Origin: a bacterium
Lineage (GTDB): Bacteria; Zhuqueibacterota; Zhuqueibacteria; Oceanimicrobiales; Oceanimicrobiaceae
Reading direction: 5' to 3'
DNA: 18,296 nucleotides
NCBI GenBank assembly: GCA_046757025.1
Contig: JBHHXN010000106.1
Location: 1 to 18,296 of the forward strand
Part shown: one piece after another, positions 9,188-17,836 of the stretch
Position numbering within the stretch: the first letter of the stretch is position 1
Layout of the letters: each line of letters starts with the position of its first letter
Position numbers and translations under genes: made by a program
Notes under the pieces: model-generated
Databases searched by the model: none
Told to the model about the DNA's origin: nothing
The model's input: the letters and a program-made list of their open reading frames with translations, nothing else

Positions 9188-9216
9188 AATTTAATAGGAA
9201 TTAGCCTAAAAGTCAA
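9188..9216 (-). promoter_or_regulatory. Sigma70-type promoter for the tRNA-Val/thrS operon leader
   Basis: TTGACT (9216-9211), a 17-nt spacer, then TAAATT (9193-9188), with an A/T-rich UP-like tract upstream. Confidence 0.7.
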
Positions 9217-9242
9217 GATAATTTTTTAATTAGTTAACTGGT

Positions 9243-10157
9243 TTAGTAAATTTCTTCAACATCGTCCACATTTTGTTCATCGGCATGATAGGAGCTGCGC
9301 ACTAACGGCCCGGATTCCACAAAACGAAATCCCATCTGCAGCCCTTTTTCTTTCAACATGGCGAATTCCTGTGGATGTACGAATCGATCCACGGGCAAGT
9401 GCTCTCTGGTTGGCTGCAGATACTGCCCGAGCGTCAGAATGTCCACTTTTATACGCGCCAAATCCTTCATCACGGACAGAATCTCGTCGGTGCGTTCCCC
9501 AATTCCCAGCATCATGCCCGATTTGGTTCGCATGCCCATTTCTTTGGCTGCTTGCAGTATTTTCAGGGTCCAGGCGTATTTACCCTGGGGCCGCACCGTT
9601 TGATAGAGCCGCGGCGCCGTCTCTGTGTTGTGATTTAATATATCCGGTTCGGCATTCACTACCATTTTAAGCGCGTTTAAGTCCCCTTTAAAATCGGGAA
9701 TCAACACCTCCACTCGGCAATTAGGTACCTTCCATTTTATGTGCCTGATGGTTTCGGCAAAAATACCGGCGCCACCGTCCGGCAGCTCATCCCGGTTTAC
9801 CGAGGTTATAACGGCATGGTTTAGCGCCATTTTTTGAACGGCAATGGCTACCCGTCGCGGCTCATCCAGATCCAGATACCACGGCCGACCGGTTTTTATC
9901 GCACAAAAACCGCAGCTCCGCGTACAGGTGTCGCCCAGAATCATGAAAGTGGCGGTGCGGCGGCTCCAGCACTCGGCGATGTTGGGGCAGCGCGCTTCTT
10001 CGCAAACGGTGTGCAGGCCGTCTGTGTGTACGATCTGCTTGACATCCTGGTAGGCGGTGCCGCCCGGCAGCCGCACTTTCAGCCAATCCGGTCTTGCCTG
10101 GCTGCGTTCGCGATTTTTTATCGGCTCTGTTTTAATTCTTTTCAAAATGAGGCTCAT
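9243..10157 (-). CDS. lipA: Lipoyl synthase
   Basis: [12 protein letters not shown] (CX4CX5C), radical SAM motif [14 protein letters not shown] and C-terminal RSSY. The start directly abuts the E2 stop (TAG-ATG). Confidence 0.98.
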   Translation of the reverse strand: MSLILKRIKTEPIKNRERSQARPDWLKVRLPGGTAYQDVKQIVHTDGLHTVCEEARCPNIAECWSRRTATFMILGDTCTRSCGFCAIKTGRPWYLDLDEPRRVAIAVQKMALNHAVITSVNRDELPDGGAGIFAETIRHIKWKVPNCRVEVLIPDFKGDLNALKMVVNAEPDILNHNTETAPRLYQTVRPQGKYAWTLKILQAAKEMGMRTKSGMMLGIGERTDEILSVMKDLARIKVDILTLGQYLQPTREHLPVDRFVHPQEFAMLKEKGLQMGFRFVESGPLVRSSYHADEQNVDDVEEIY

Positions 10158-11492
10158 CTAAAGAGTTAAATTTTCTGTGTCGAAATTGCTTAGATATTTT
10201 GCTATGCGGTCCAGAAACATGCCGGCTAAAGCGCCGTCCACAATGCGGTGGTCAAACGATAACGAGATGTACATCATATCGCGAATGGCGATGGCGTCGG
10301 TGACGACGACCGGTCGTTTCTGAATGACGCCCACTCCCAGAATCGCCACCTGCGGCTGATTGATGATCGGCAGGCCCATCAAGCTGCCGAAACTGCCCAT
10401 GTTGGTGATGGAAAAGGTGCCGTCCTGCACTTCGTCCGGAGTGAGTTTGCGATTGCGTGCGCGCAGCGCCAGATCGTTGGCCGCGCGCGCCAGACCGAGA
10501 ATGTTCATGCTGTCGGCATTCTTGATCACCGGCACGATCAAGCCGTTGTTCTCCAGAGCCACGGCCATGCCCACGTTGATATATTTTTTGCGAATAATTT
10601 TGTCGTCTTGAACCGAGCTGTTTACCAGCGGAAAATCCCGCAACGCCTGACTGCAGGCGTGCACGATGAACGGCATGTAAGTTAATTTAAATCCTTCTTT
10701 TTGGAGAAAGGATTTTTTTTCGCGCTCACGAAATTTAACCAAACCAGTCATATCGGCTTCGCTGACGGCAAAAACGTGCGGTGAAGTTTGCACGCTGTTC
10801 ACCATGTGCGCGGCGATGGACTTGCGTATATGGTCCATGGGGATGATTTCCACGCGATCGTCGCTGTGTTCGGGCGGCGCGGGAGGGACGTAAGCCGGCG
10901 CCGGCGCGACTTTTGCTGGAATACCTTTGGCTCGGCTTTCGATGTAAGCTAAAATGTCCTTTTTAGTTACGCGTCCCTTCAGGCCGGTTCCGCTGATGCG
11001 CTCCAATTCCTCCACGTTGATGCCTTCGGCCCGGGCAATGCTGCGCACCAATGGGGAATAGAATTTTTTGCCGGTACGATCGGTGCGGGGGATGGCGGTG
11101 TACCCGCTATCGGTGATTTTTTCAACGGGAGTTTGCGTGGTCGCTTCGGCCACCGCAACTGGCGCAGCAGCGCTGGCTTCTTCAACAACCGGCTGGGATT
11201 TTTCAGTGACCGGCGCCGCTTCGGCTTTTTTTGCCGGAGTCTCGCCGTTTTCTTCCGATTCGATCTCGGCAATCACCGCGCCCACTTCGATGGTTTCGCC
11301 CTCCGCCGCCAGCAATTTCTGAATCACACCCGATTGCGGAGAGGGAATTTCAGAATCGACTTTATCGGTGCTGATTTCTAAAATGATTTCATCTTTTTCG
11401 ACCCGCTCACCCTCTTTTTTTAACCATTTTATGATGGTGCCCTCGGCAATGCTTTCGCCCATCTGCGGCATCACCATTTCAACTTTAGCCAT
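10158..11492 (-). CDS. 2-oxoacid dehydrogenase E2 component (dihydrolipoamide acyltransferase); substrate class uncertain
   Basis: Single lipoyl domain (MPQMGESI...STDKVDSEIP), Ala/Pro linker, peripheral-subunit-binding domain (SPLVRSIARAEGI...GTGLKGRVTKKD) and catalytic DHRIVDG. GGAG SD upstream. Confidence 0.93.
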   Translation of the reverse strand: MAKVEMVMPQMGESIAEGTIIKWLKKEGERVEKDEIILEISTDKVDSEIPSPQSGVIQKLLAAEGETIEVGAVIAEIESEENGETPAKKAEAAPVTEKSQPVVEEASAAAPVAVAEATTQTPVEKITDSGYTAIPRTDRTGKKFYSPLVRSIARAEGINVEELERISGTGLKGRVTKKDILAYIESRAKGIPAKVAPAPAYVPPAPPEHSDDRVEIIPMDHIRKSIAAHMVNSVQTSPHVFAVSEADMTGLVKFREREKKSFLQKEGFKLTYMPFIVHACSQALRDFPLVNSSVQDDKIIRKKYINVGMAVALENNGLIVPVIKNADSMNILGLARAANDLALRARNRKLTPDEVQDGTFSITNMGSFGSLMGLPIINQPQVAILGVGVIQKRPVVVTDAIAIRDMMYISLSFDHRIVDGALAGMFLDRIAKYLSNFDTENLTL

Positions 11493-11518
11493 AATTTAAA
11501 TCTCCATTAAAATCTCTA

Positions 11519-11887
11519 TTAAGAAACCCCGAACTTTAATTTCGGAATTTGATCGATTAAATTTGTTTGCGATAATTTGCTCGATTCAAGCCTTTTTATC
11601 TTTTTCAGAAAAAGTTCGAATTGAGCTAACAATTGCGTTACATTCATCTCTTTGTAAATGGGTTGATACCTTTCCAGCTTTTGAATGCCCTTTGACAACT
11701 GGCTTTCTGTGCCCTTAAAATTCTTCATCGTGAAATGATAACACCCTGTGGACAACTGCACAAGCCCTTGATAAAACTTTTTCGACTCCTCCCGGTCGTA
11801 CATCCATATTTCCTCAAACACATCGTGTGCTTCAAAATAATAACCTGCATTGAACAAATCAATGGCTTTTTTTAACAGCTCATCCAC
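11519..11887 (-). CDS. DUF309 domain protein
   Basis: LFNAGYYFEAHDVFEEIW...FYQGLVQL..GCYH is the DUF309 signature. GTG start. Confidence 0.85.
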   Translation of the reverse strand: MDELLKKAIDLFNAGYYFEAHDVFEEIWMYDREESKKFYQGLVQLSTGCYHFTMKNFKGTESQLSKGIQKLERYQPIYKEMNVTQLLAQFELFLKKIKRLESSKLSQTNLIDQIPKLKFGVS

Positions 11888-11899
11888 GGTGCGGTTGCT

Positions 11900-12526
11900 T
11901 CACCGTTTCAAACTTATGCCAACGCCATCCCGGAGTGGGATGATCGTTGTCCATAAATCCCGTGCTTCGTACAGGTTTTTAGTGTATTGTAAAATCGCCT
12001 GACTTTGGTGATCTGGATTTGAGTCGAGTATGCGGCCGTGCCACAGCATGTTGTCCGTAATCAGCAAACCGCCCGTTCTAATTCGGGCCACGATGTGACA
12101 CAACGATTCCGGATAGCGTTCTTTGTCCACGTCGTTCATGATGAGATCGAACTGCCCCTCGAGCTGCTGGATGATTTCCAAGGCATCGCCTTCATAAAAA
12201 TCGGCTTTATCTATTAAACCGCCGGATTTGAAAAAATCTTTCGCCATTTTTAGGTTTTCCGCAGAAAGTTCGGTGCAGATGATTTTACCCTTTTCTGGCA
12301 GCGCTTTGGCCAGCCAGTATGCAGAATAACCAAAACCCGAGCCGAGCTCCAGAATGCGGACGGCGTGAATGCTTTTGGCCAGTTGGTAGCACAGCCTGCC
12401 AACCAGTGGACCGATGATGGGAAATTCCTGCACCGCGGCCATTTTTTCCATTTCCTGCAAAACCGCATCTCGCTCCGGCAGCAAAGCGCTTAGATACTTT
12501 TCGATTTTTGGATCAATGATATTCAT
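11900..12526 (-). CDS. Class I SAM-dependent O-methyltransferase (caffeoyl-CoA OMT / YrrM-like)
   Basis: ILELGSGFGYS, GDALE, DVDKERY, ITDNMLWHG and PLRDG. Confidence 0.9.
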   Translation of the reverse strand: MNIIDPKIEKYLSALLPERDAVLQEMEKMAAVQEFPIIGPLVGRLCYQLAKSIHAVRILELGSGFGYSAYWLAKALPEKGKIICTELSAENLKMAKDFFKSGGLIDKADFYEGDALEIIQQLEGQFDLIMNDVDKERYPESLCHIVARIRTGGLLITDNMLWHGRILDSNPDHQSQAILQYTKNLYEARDLWTTIIPLRDGVGISLKR

Positions 12527-12560
12527 GTATGTACTTACAAAACAATATTTTAACTATTTA

Positions 12561-12616
12561 GTGTCCATCCGTAAAGAGCCTTTTTTTGTCATTCCTGCAA
12601 TCTTTAAGCGGGGATC
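12561..12616 (+). mobile_element. Partial MITE/REP-like element (one terminus plus a palindrome)
   Basis: TATTTA (12555-12560) precedes GTGTCCATCCGTAAA, followed by GTCATTCCTGC-aatctttaa-GCGGGGATC, an imperfect hairpin. Same architecture as the element at 1-26. No second terminus is visible. Confidence 0.6.
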
Positions 12617-12625
12617 AATTGAGTT

Positions 12626-14629
12626 TTAAAGCGCCTCTGCAACTAATTCGGCAATGTCTTTCACATCTACCCGGTCTTCTTTGCCGCGGGTTTTGCGGGC
12701 ATCGTCCAGCATGATGTTACAGAACGGACAGGCCGTGGCAGCGATTTCAGCTTGTGATTGCTCCACATCGCCAAATCGCACCAGATTCACACGTTTGTCC
12801 GTGTCTTCATCCATCCACATCATGCCGCCGCCGGCGCCGCAGCACAACCCTTTTTCACGCGTTCGCTGCATTTCAACCACCTCACCTGCCGCGATTGAGT
12901 GGACGACTTCTCTGGGCGCATCGTAAATGCCGTTGTGGCGGCCCAGATAACAAGCATCGTGATAAGTGATTCTTTTATCTAAATTTTTCTCGGGTTTAAT
13001 TTTACCCTGCGCCACCAGTTCTGCAATAAATTCCGAATGGTGAATCACCTCAAAGTCGCCATCGAAATCTTGATATTCATTTCCCAACGTGTTGAAACAA
13101 TGCGGGCAGGTAGTGATAATTTTTTTAAATTTGTATTTCTTTAATGTTTCGATGTTCCCTTCGGCCATGATTTGAAACAGATATTCTTGCCCCAACCTGC
13201 GGGCGGAGTCGCCGGTGCAGCTTTCCTCCAATCCCAGAATCGCAAAGTCAACCTTGGCGGCTTTCAAAATTTTGACCAGCGAACGCGCCACGTTCTGATT
13301 CTTAGTATCCAGCGCAGCGGCACAGCCCACCCAGTACAAATAGTCCGCTTCTTTTTTTTCTTTCATGATTGGCACGTCTAAATCCTCACACCATTTCATG
13401 CGGTTTTGGTGCGGCAGTCCCCAGGGATTGCCGATGTTCTCCATGTTTTCCAGCGTTTTCGAGACTTCGCCGGAGACTTCCGCTTTGTCCATCACCAGGT
13501 GCCGGCGCATGTCCTGTAAGTCATCCACGTGCTCGATAAACACCGGACAATTTTCCACACAGCCCAGACAGGTGGTGCAGGCCCAGATGACGTCTTCGGA
13601 GACCACTTCGCCGATCAACGCTTTGCTGTCGTTGTTTATTTGACCAGCCAACAACGCAGGGCCGCGTTCATTTAGATATTCCTTTAAATCATGAATCAAC
13701 AACGCGGGATTTAAGGCTTTGCCGGAATGATAAGCTGGGCAATTATCCTGACAACGGCCGCATTCGGTGCAGGCGTATAAATTCAGCAATTGCGGCCAGG
13801 TGAAATCTTCGATTTTGCCTACGCCCAGGGTCACGTCGTCCGATTCAAAATCCACTTGCTCGAAATCGATTTTCTTGAGCACCCCGCGTTTGCGGTCCTG
13901 TGGGTTCCGCCGCAAAAAAATGTTGGGCAGCGCTCCCACCAGGTGCACGTGCTTGGAGTGCGGAATGTAAGCCAGGAACGCCAGGATGATCAAATTATGA
14001 ATCCACCAGGCTACGTCGTACCCCTCAGGCATGGCGCCATCTGCCCCGTTTCCCTGTATAAATTGCGCAAACAAATTCGAAACCGGCGTAAATCCAGCCA
14101 GGGCTTTTTCATATTTGATGATATAGCCATTAGTAAAAAACATCGAAATCATCAACGTCATAATCATACCGAGAATCAGACTGGCATCGAATCGGGCGGC
14201 AAAATCTTTACGCAACCGATCCGGCTGTACGATATATCTACGAACGAGCGCGATGACGATGGCCACCATCACCGCCAAACCCAAAAAGTCAAAGCAGGTG
14301 CTCAGCACCGCCTCCACCCTATTCCCCAAAATATGGCCCCAGCTAAAATCCGCCACATACCCGCGTGCAAACATCTCGATGGTGGCCAGTCCCAGAACCA
14401 AAAATCCCCAGAAAATAAAAAAGTGTCCCCAGCCCGATAGCTCGCGAACGACGGCTTTCTGGCCAAAAAAGTATTGGATAACCGACTTAACTCGCCACCC
14501 CCATTTGTCAACGGGATCGTGCGAAGGCTTACCAATTCGCACAAATTTAAACAGTCGATACACGCTAAAAAGAAAAAATCCAACTGATGACAAAATCAAT
14601 AAAGTCAGTATTATCTCCTTCACTTGCAT
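12626..14629 (-). CDS. Membrane-bound Fe-S oxidoreductase (FadF / HdrD-GlpC-like: TM domain, 2x[4Fe-4S], two CCG domains)
   Basis: About 5 TM helices with conserved His (HFFIFWGF, WWIH, SKHVH), CTECGRCQDNCP, CTTCLGCVENCP, ESCTGD..RRLG, TTCPHC, YHDACYLGR, CCGAGGG and ACPFC. GGAG SD upstream. Confidence 0.9.
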   Translation of the reverse strand: MQVKEIILTLLILSSVGFFLFSVYRLFKFVRIGKPSHDPVDKWGWRVKSVIQYFFGQKAVVRELSGWGHFFIFWGFLVLGLATIEMFARGYVADFSWGHILGNRVEAVLSTCFDFLGLAVMVAIVIALVRRYIVQPDRLRKDFAARFDASLILGMIMTLMISMFFTNGYIIKYEKALAGFTPVSNLFAQFIQGNGADGAMPEGYDVAWWIHNLIILAFLAYIPHSKHVHLVGALPNIFLRRNPQDRKRGVLKKIDFEQVDFESDDVTLGVGKIEDFTWPQLLNLYACTECGRCQDNCPAYHSGKALNPALLIHDLKEYLNERGPALLAGQINNDSKALIGEVVSEDVIWACTTCLGCVENCPVFIEHVDDLQDMRRHLVMDKAEVSGEVSKTLENMENIGNPWGLPHQNRMKWCEDLDVPIMKEKKEADYLYWVGCAAALDTKNQNVARSLVKILKAAKVDFAILGLEESCTGDSARRLGQEYLFQIMAEGNIETLKKYKFKKIITTCPHCFNTLGNEYQDFDGDFEVIHHSEFIAELVAQGKIKPEKNLDKRITYHDACYLGRHNGIYDAPREVVHSIAAGEVVEMQRTREKGLCCGAGGGMMWMDEDTDKRVNLVRFGDVEQSQAEIAATACPFCNIMLDDARKTRGKEDRVDVKDIAELVAEAL

Positions 14630-14654
14630 GGCGACTCCGTTCTATTTTAAGTGA

Positions 14655-14693
14655 ATAAAATAAAGAACGCCAGCCCGATCTCGGGCCAGCGTT
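14655..14693 (-). terminator. Intrinsic terminator after nuoD
   Basis: Minus strand AACGCTGGCCCG-AGAT-CGGGCTGGCGTT forms a 12-bp stem with two G-U pairs that pair only on this strand, followed by CTTTATTTTAT. Confidence 0.75.
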
Positions 14694-14722
14694 TTGAAAT
14701 CCATTTATTTAGAATGGTCATT

Positions 14723-15973
14723 TTAGCGATCGATGCAACCTAGCACGATATCCAGACTGCCGATTATGATCACGAGATCGGCTACCATGGCGCCAATGGA
14801 AATGTCGTTTATAACGCTGATATTGCTGAAACAAGGCGAGCGACTTTTCACGCGGAACGGAATGTCCGAACCGTCGCCTCGGATCAGGAATCCCAGCTCA
14901 CCTCGGGGTGTTTCGCTGCGCACGTAAACCTCGGAATCGGCTGCCGGCCGGATTCGGCGCGGAATGGCGGCTTTGACATCCTGGTCTTTGAACGGCTCCA
15001 GGGCGCCCAGGGCCTGACGGATAATTTTGTTGCATTGTTCGATCTCTTCAATGCGGACTAAATAGCGGTCTAAAACCGAGCCCAAGGGACCGAATTCCCC
15101 TCTTCCCACGGGGACGTCAAATTCGATTTTTTCGTAAAACGAATAAGGCTCATCTTTGCGGAGGTCCCATTTGACGCCGGAGCCGCGCAAAACCGGTCCT
15201 GTACAGCCATAGTTGATGGCGACATCTGCTGGCAAAATACCCACATCCGCGGTTCGTTCGATGAAGATGTGATTTTTGGTTAACAGCTTGTTGAATTCCG
15301 CCATTTTGGGCTCAAAATAATCGATGAATTCCCGTACTTTGTCCGGCCATTCAGCGGGCATATCCCGGGCCAGACCGCCAACCCAGATATAGTTGTAGAG
15401 AAATCGTGCGCCGGAAATCCATTCCAGCAAATCCAGAATTTTCTCGCGATCGCGGAATGCCCAGAGAAACGGGGTAAACGCCCCGACGTCCAGGCCAAAA
15501 GTGCCGATGGCCACCAGATGGCTGGCGATGCGATTAAGCTCGCAAGTGATGATACGCAAATACTCCACTTTTTCCGGCAGCTCATGGAGACCGATCAATT
15601 TTTCAACCGCCAGCGCGTACGCCAAATCCTGATTCATGGAGGCAATATAATCGATGCGGTCGCAGAATGGGATCACTTCGTTGTAACTGATGTGCTCGGC
15701 GTGTTTCTCAAAATTTCGGTGCAAATAACCGATGTGCGGTTTAACATTTTTGACGATTTCGCCGTCCAGAATCAGTTCCAGGCGCAGCACTCCGTGCGTA
15801 CTGGGATGCTGCGGTCCCATGTTCACCACCATTTCATCGCCCTGGTAAGACTCGATTTCAAGTTTTTTCATGGCTTCGTCATAATAGCGACCGGCGGTCT
15901 GGTCCATATCGACCACCACCGTACCTTCGTCCTCAAATAGATAGCGTTTTCCTTTAAACAAGTTTCCAATCAT
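14723..15973 (-). CDS. nuoD: NADH-quinone oxidoreductase subunit D
   Basis: NMGPQHPSTHGVLRL, GYLHRNFEK, DRIDY, ELNRIASH, ETPRGELG and C-terminal SLDIVLGCIDR. No complete Ni-binding CxxC pairs. AAGGA SD upstream. Confidence 0.95.
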   Translation of the reverse strand: MIGNLFKGKRYLFEDEGTVVVDMDQTAGRYYDEAMKKLEIESYQGDEMVVNMGPQHPSTHGVLRLELILDGEIVKNVKPHIGYLHRNFEKHAEHISYNEVIPFCDRIDYIASMNQDLAYALAVEKLIGLHELPEKVEYLRIITCELNRIASHLVAIGTFGLDVGAFTPFLWAFRDREKILDLLEWISGARFLYNYIWVGGLARDMPAEWPDKVREFIDYFEPKMAEFNKLLTKNHIFIERTADVGILPADVAINYGCTGPVLRGSGVKWDLRKDEPYSFYEKIEFDVPVGRGEFGPLGSVLDRYLVRIEEIEQCNKIIRQALGALEPFKDQDVKAAIPRRIRPAADSEVYVRSETPRGELGFLIRGDGSDIPFRVKSRSPCFSNISVINDISIGAMVADLVIIIGSLDIVLGCIDR

Positions 15974-16014
15974 GTTAAAATCCTTCGCAGAGTTATTTTC
16001 CAGATTCTTAAAAA

Positions 16015-16593
16015 TTAGCTTAAGCCAACGGCACTTTTTACTTTTGAGGTTGCAGAGGCGACTTTCTTCGCAGCTAAAGCGGCCGCTTTTGCCTGTGCTT
16101 TTTCCATGTCCTCTTTTTGCTCTCTCATAATCAAAGACCGGGCTTCTGCGGGTGAATATTTTGCAAAATGATAAATGCCGTTTTCGCGACTGAACACGCC
16201 ATTTTCATACGAATCGGTCATGTAAAGGCATTCAGTGGGACAAACCGTGGTACAGAAATCACAGTAACAGCATTTGAACATATCGATATCAAAGCGCACC
16301 AGATGCTGCCGAATGGGGTTGCCGGCGGAGGCTTTTCCCAGGTCTTCATCGGACTGGGCCTTCACCGTGTCGATGTAAATGCAATTAACCGGACAGACCC
16401 GCGCACATTTTAAACAGCCGATACAATCATCGATATTGTTGAATAAAATGCCGCGCGCGTTCACCGGCAATTGCCATTTCTCGTCCGGGTACTGCAAAGT
16501 GATGGCTGGCCTAAACATGGCTTTCCAGGTTTGTGCCATGCCGATGGAGATGGTCAAAATGGCCCGGTAGATATTCTGAAAATATTGTCGCAT
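16015..16593 (-). CDS. nuoI: NADH-quinone oxidoreductase subunit I (2x[4Fe-4S])
   Basis: TLQYPDEK...RG, CIGCLKCARVCP and CCYCDFCTTVCPTECL. The likely start is the ATG at 16593 (AAGGA SD, 4 nt after the nuoC stop) rather than 16650. Confidence 0.9.
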   Translation of the reverse strand: MRQYFQNIYRAILTISIGMAQTWKAMFRPAITLQYPDEKWQLPVNARGILFNNIDDCIGCLKCARVCPVNCIYIDTVKAQSDEDLGKASAGNPIRQHLVRFDIDMFKCCYCDFCTTVCPTECLYMTDSYENGVFSRENGIYHFAKYSPAEARSLIMREQKEDMEKAQAKAAALAAKKVASATSKVKSAVGLS

Positions 16594-16597
16594 CGGT

Positions 16598-17218
16598 CTA
16601 TTCCTTTGATTTTTTATCGTTCGAGTTACCGCCATTTTTTTGGCCATCAACTAAGTGCGGAACTTTTTCTTCGAACTTGAACACAAAATGGCCGCGTTCG
16701 GGATTTTTTTCAAACGTTTCGTATTTTTCCCAATCCTCCTGGTAGGGCACGCGGATGCCGTGATAATATTCTTGTACCACATAATCTTTGCGCAGCGGAT
16801 AACCTTCCCAGTCGTCCGGACAAAGAATGCGTCGCAAGTCAGGATGATTTTGAAATTGGATGCCAAATAAATCGAAGGCTTCGCGTTCGTGCCAGTCGGC
16901 GGTGCGCCAGACCGACTCCACAGAAGGTACTGAAGGTTGATCCCGCTCCAGCTTCACCCGCAGGGTGATCTTGTGCCGATGCTTCATGGAGTGCAAATGA
17001 TAAACCACTCCCAATTCGCTTTCGGCGCCATAATCGATGCCGCTCAAACACATTAGCGAATCAAAGGATAGCGCCGGCGTTTCCTTCAGAAAGTGGGCAA
17101 TTTCGCCGGTTTTCTCTGGCGCCACTTCGATCCAGGGATCCAGCGCCTCTGCATGCAATTCAACTATGGCGTCTTTAAACTGCGCTTGTAGTTTTTTGTA
17201 AATTTCCTCTGGTGTCAT
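16598..17218 (-). CDS. nuoC: NADH-quinone oxidoreductase subunit C
   Basis: [50 protein letters not shown] overlap with nuoB. Confidence 0.95.
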   Translation of the reverse strand: MTPEEIYKKLQAQFKDAIVELHAEALDPWIEVAPEKTGEIAHFLKETPALSFDSLMCLSGIDYGAESELGVVYHLHSMKHRHKITLRVKLERDQPSVPSVESVWRTADWHEREAFDLFGIQFQNHPDLRRILCPDDWEGYPLRKDYVVQEYYHGIRVPYQEDWEKYETFEKNPERGHFVFKFEEKVPHLVDGQKNGGNSNDKKSKE

Positions 17219-17763
17219 GCTTTGGCCCTTTCATGCAATTTGCGTTTAATGACACTTTCTTTTCTAATTTTTTCCTGAATTTTGAGGATGCCGTCGATGA
17301 GGGCTTCGGGTCTGGGAGGACAGCCGGTGACGTAAACATCTACCGGCACGATCAAATCCACGCCCTTTAAAACATGGTAGCCGTGCTGCCAGTAGGGACC
17401 GCCACAGGTGGCACAACTTCCCATGGAAAGCACGTATTTCGGTTCGGGCATTTGATCGTAAAGAAGTTTGATTCTATCCGCCATCTTCATCGTCACCGTG
17501 CCTGCGACGATCATCAGATCCGTTTGTCGGGGGCTGGGACGCATGACGCCGGCGCCGAATCGGTCCAGGTCATACCGCGAAGCGGCCGTGGCCATCATTT
17601 CAATAGCGCAGCACGCTAATCCAAATGTCAAGGGCCACAGAGAAGATAATCGCGCCCAACTTAAAATCCGGTCAACCGAGGTGATGATGAGGTTATCTCC
17701 GTACTTGCCTTCCTCAAGAAACTTTTTTTCTTCCGCAATTAAAGGAGGATTAAATTTCGGCAT
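17215..17763 (-). CDS. nuoB: NADH-quinone oxidoreductase subunit B
   Basis: [37 protein letters not shown] and [14 protein letters not shown] (N2 cluster ligands). GGAG SD upstream. Confidence 0.97.
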   Translation of the reverse strand: MPKFNPPLIAEEKKFLEEGKYGDNLIITSVDRILSWARLSSLWPLTFGLACCAIEMMATAASRYDLDRFGAGVMRPSPRQTDLMIVAGTVTMKMADRIKLLYDQMPEPKYVLSMGSCATCGGPYWQHGYHVLKGVDLIVPVDVYVTGCPPRPEALIDGILKIQEKIRKESVIKRKLHERAKA

Positions 17764-17836
17764 GCTTCAACTCCAGTTCAATTTGATAAACTATTTTTAA
17801 AAACCGCAAAACAAATATTTGACGAAATCATAAATA

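Noticed and set aside
13790..14440. 216-aa plus-strand ORF and the many other short alternative-frame ORFs in the track
   Set aside because: They lie antisense to or overlapping well-supported genes and show no recognisable motifs, so they are treated as shadow ORFs.
16594..16650. N-terminal extension of NuoI from the upstream TTG/ATG in the ORF track
   Set aside because: It would overlap nuoC by about 50 nt. The ATG at 16593 has an SD and follows the nuoC stop.
14723..17763. Group 4 [NiFe] hydrogenase
   Set aside because: The large subunit lacks both CxxC Ni motifs and keeps the complex I HPSTHG and DRIDY motifs. NuoB has the tandem CC typical of complex I.
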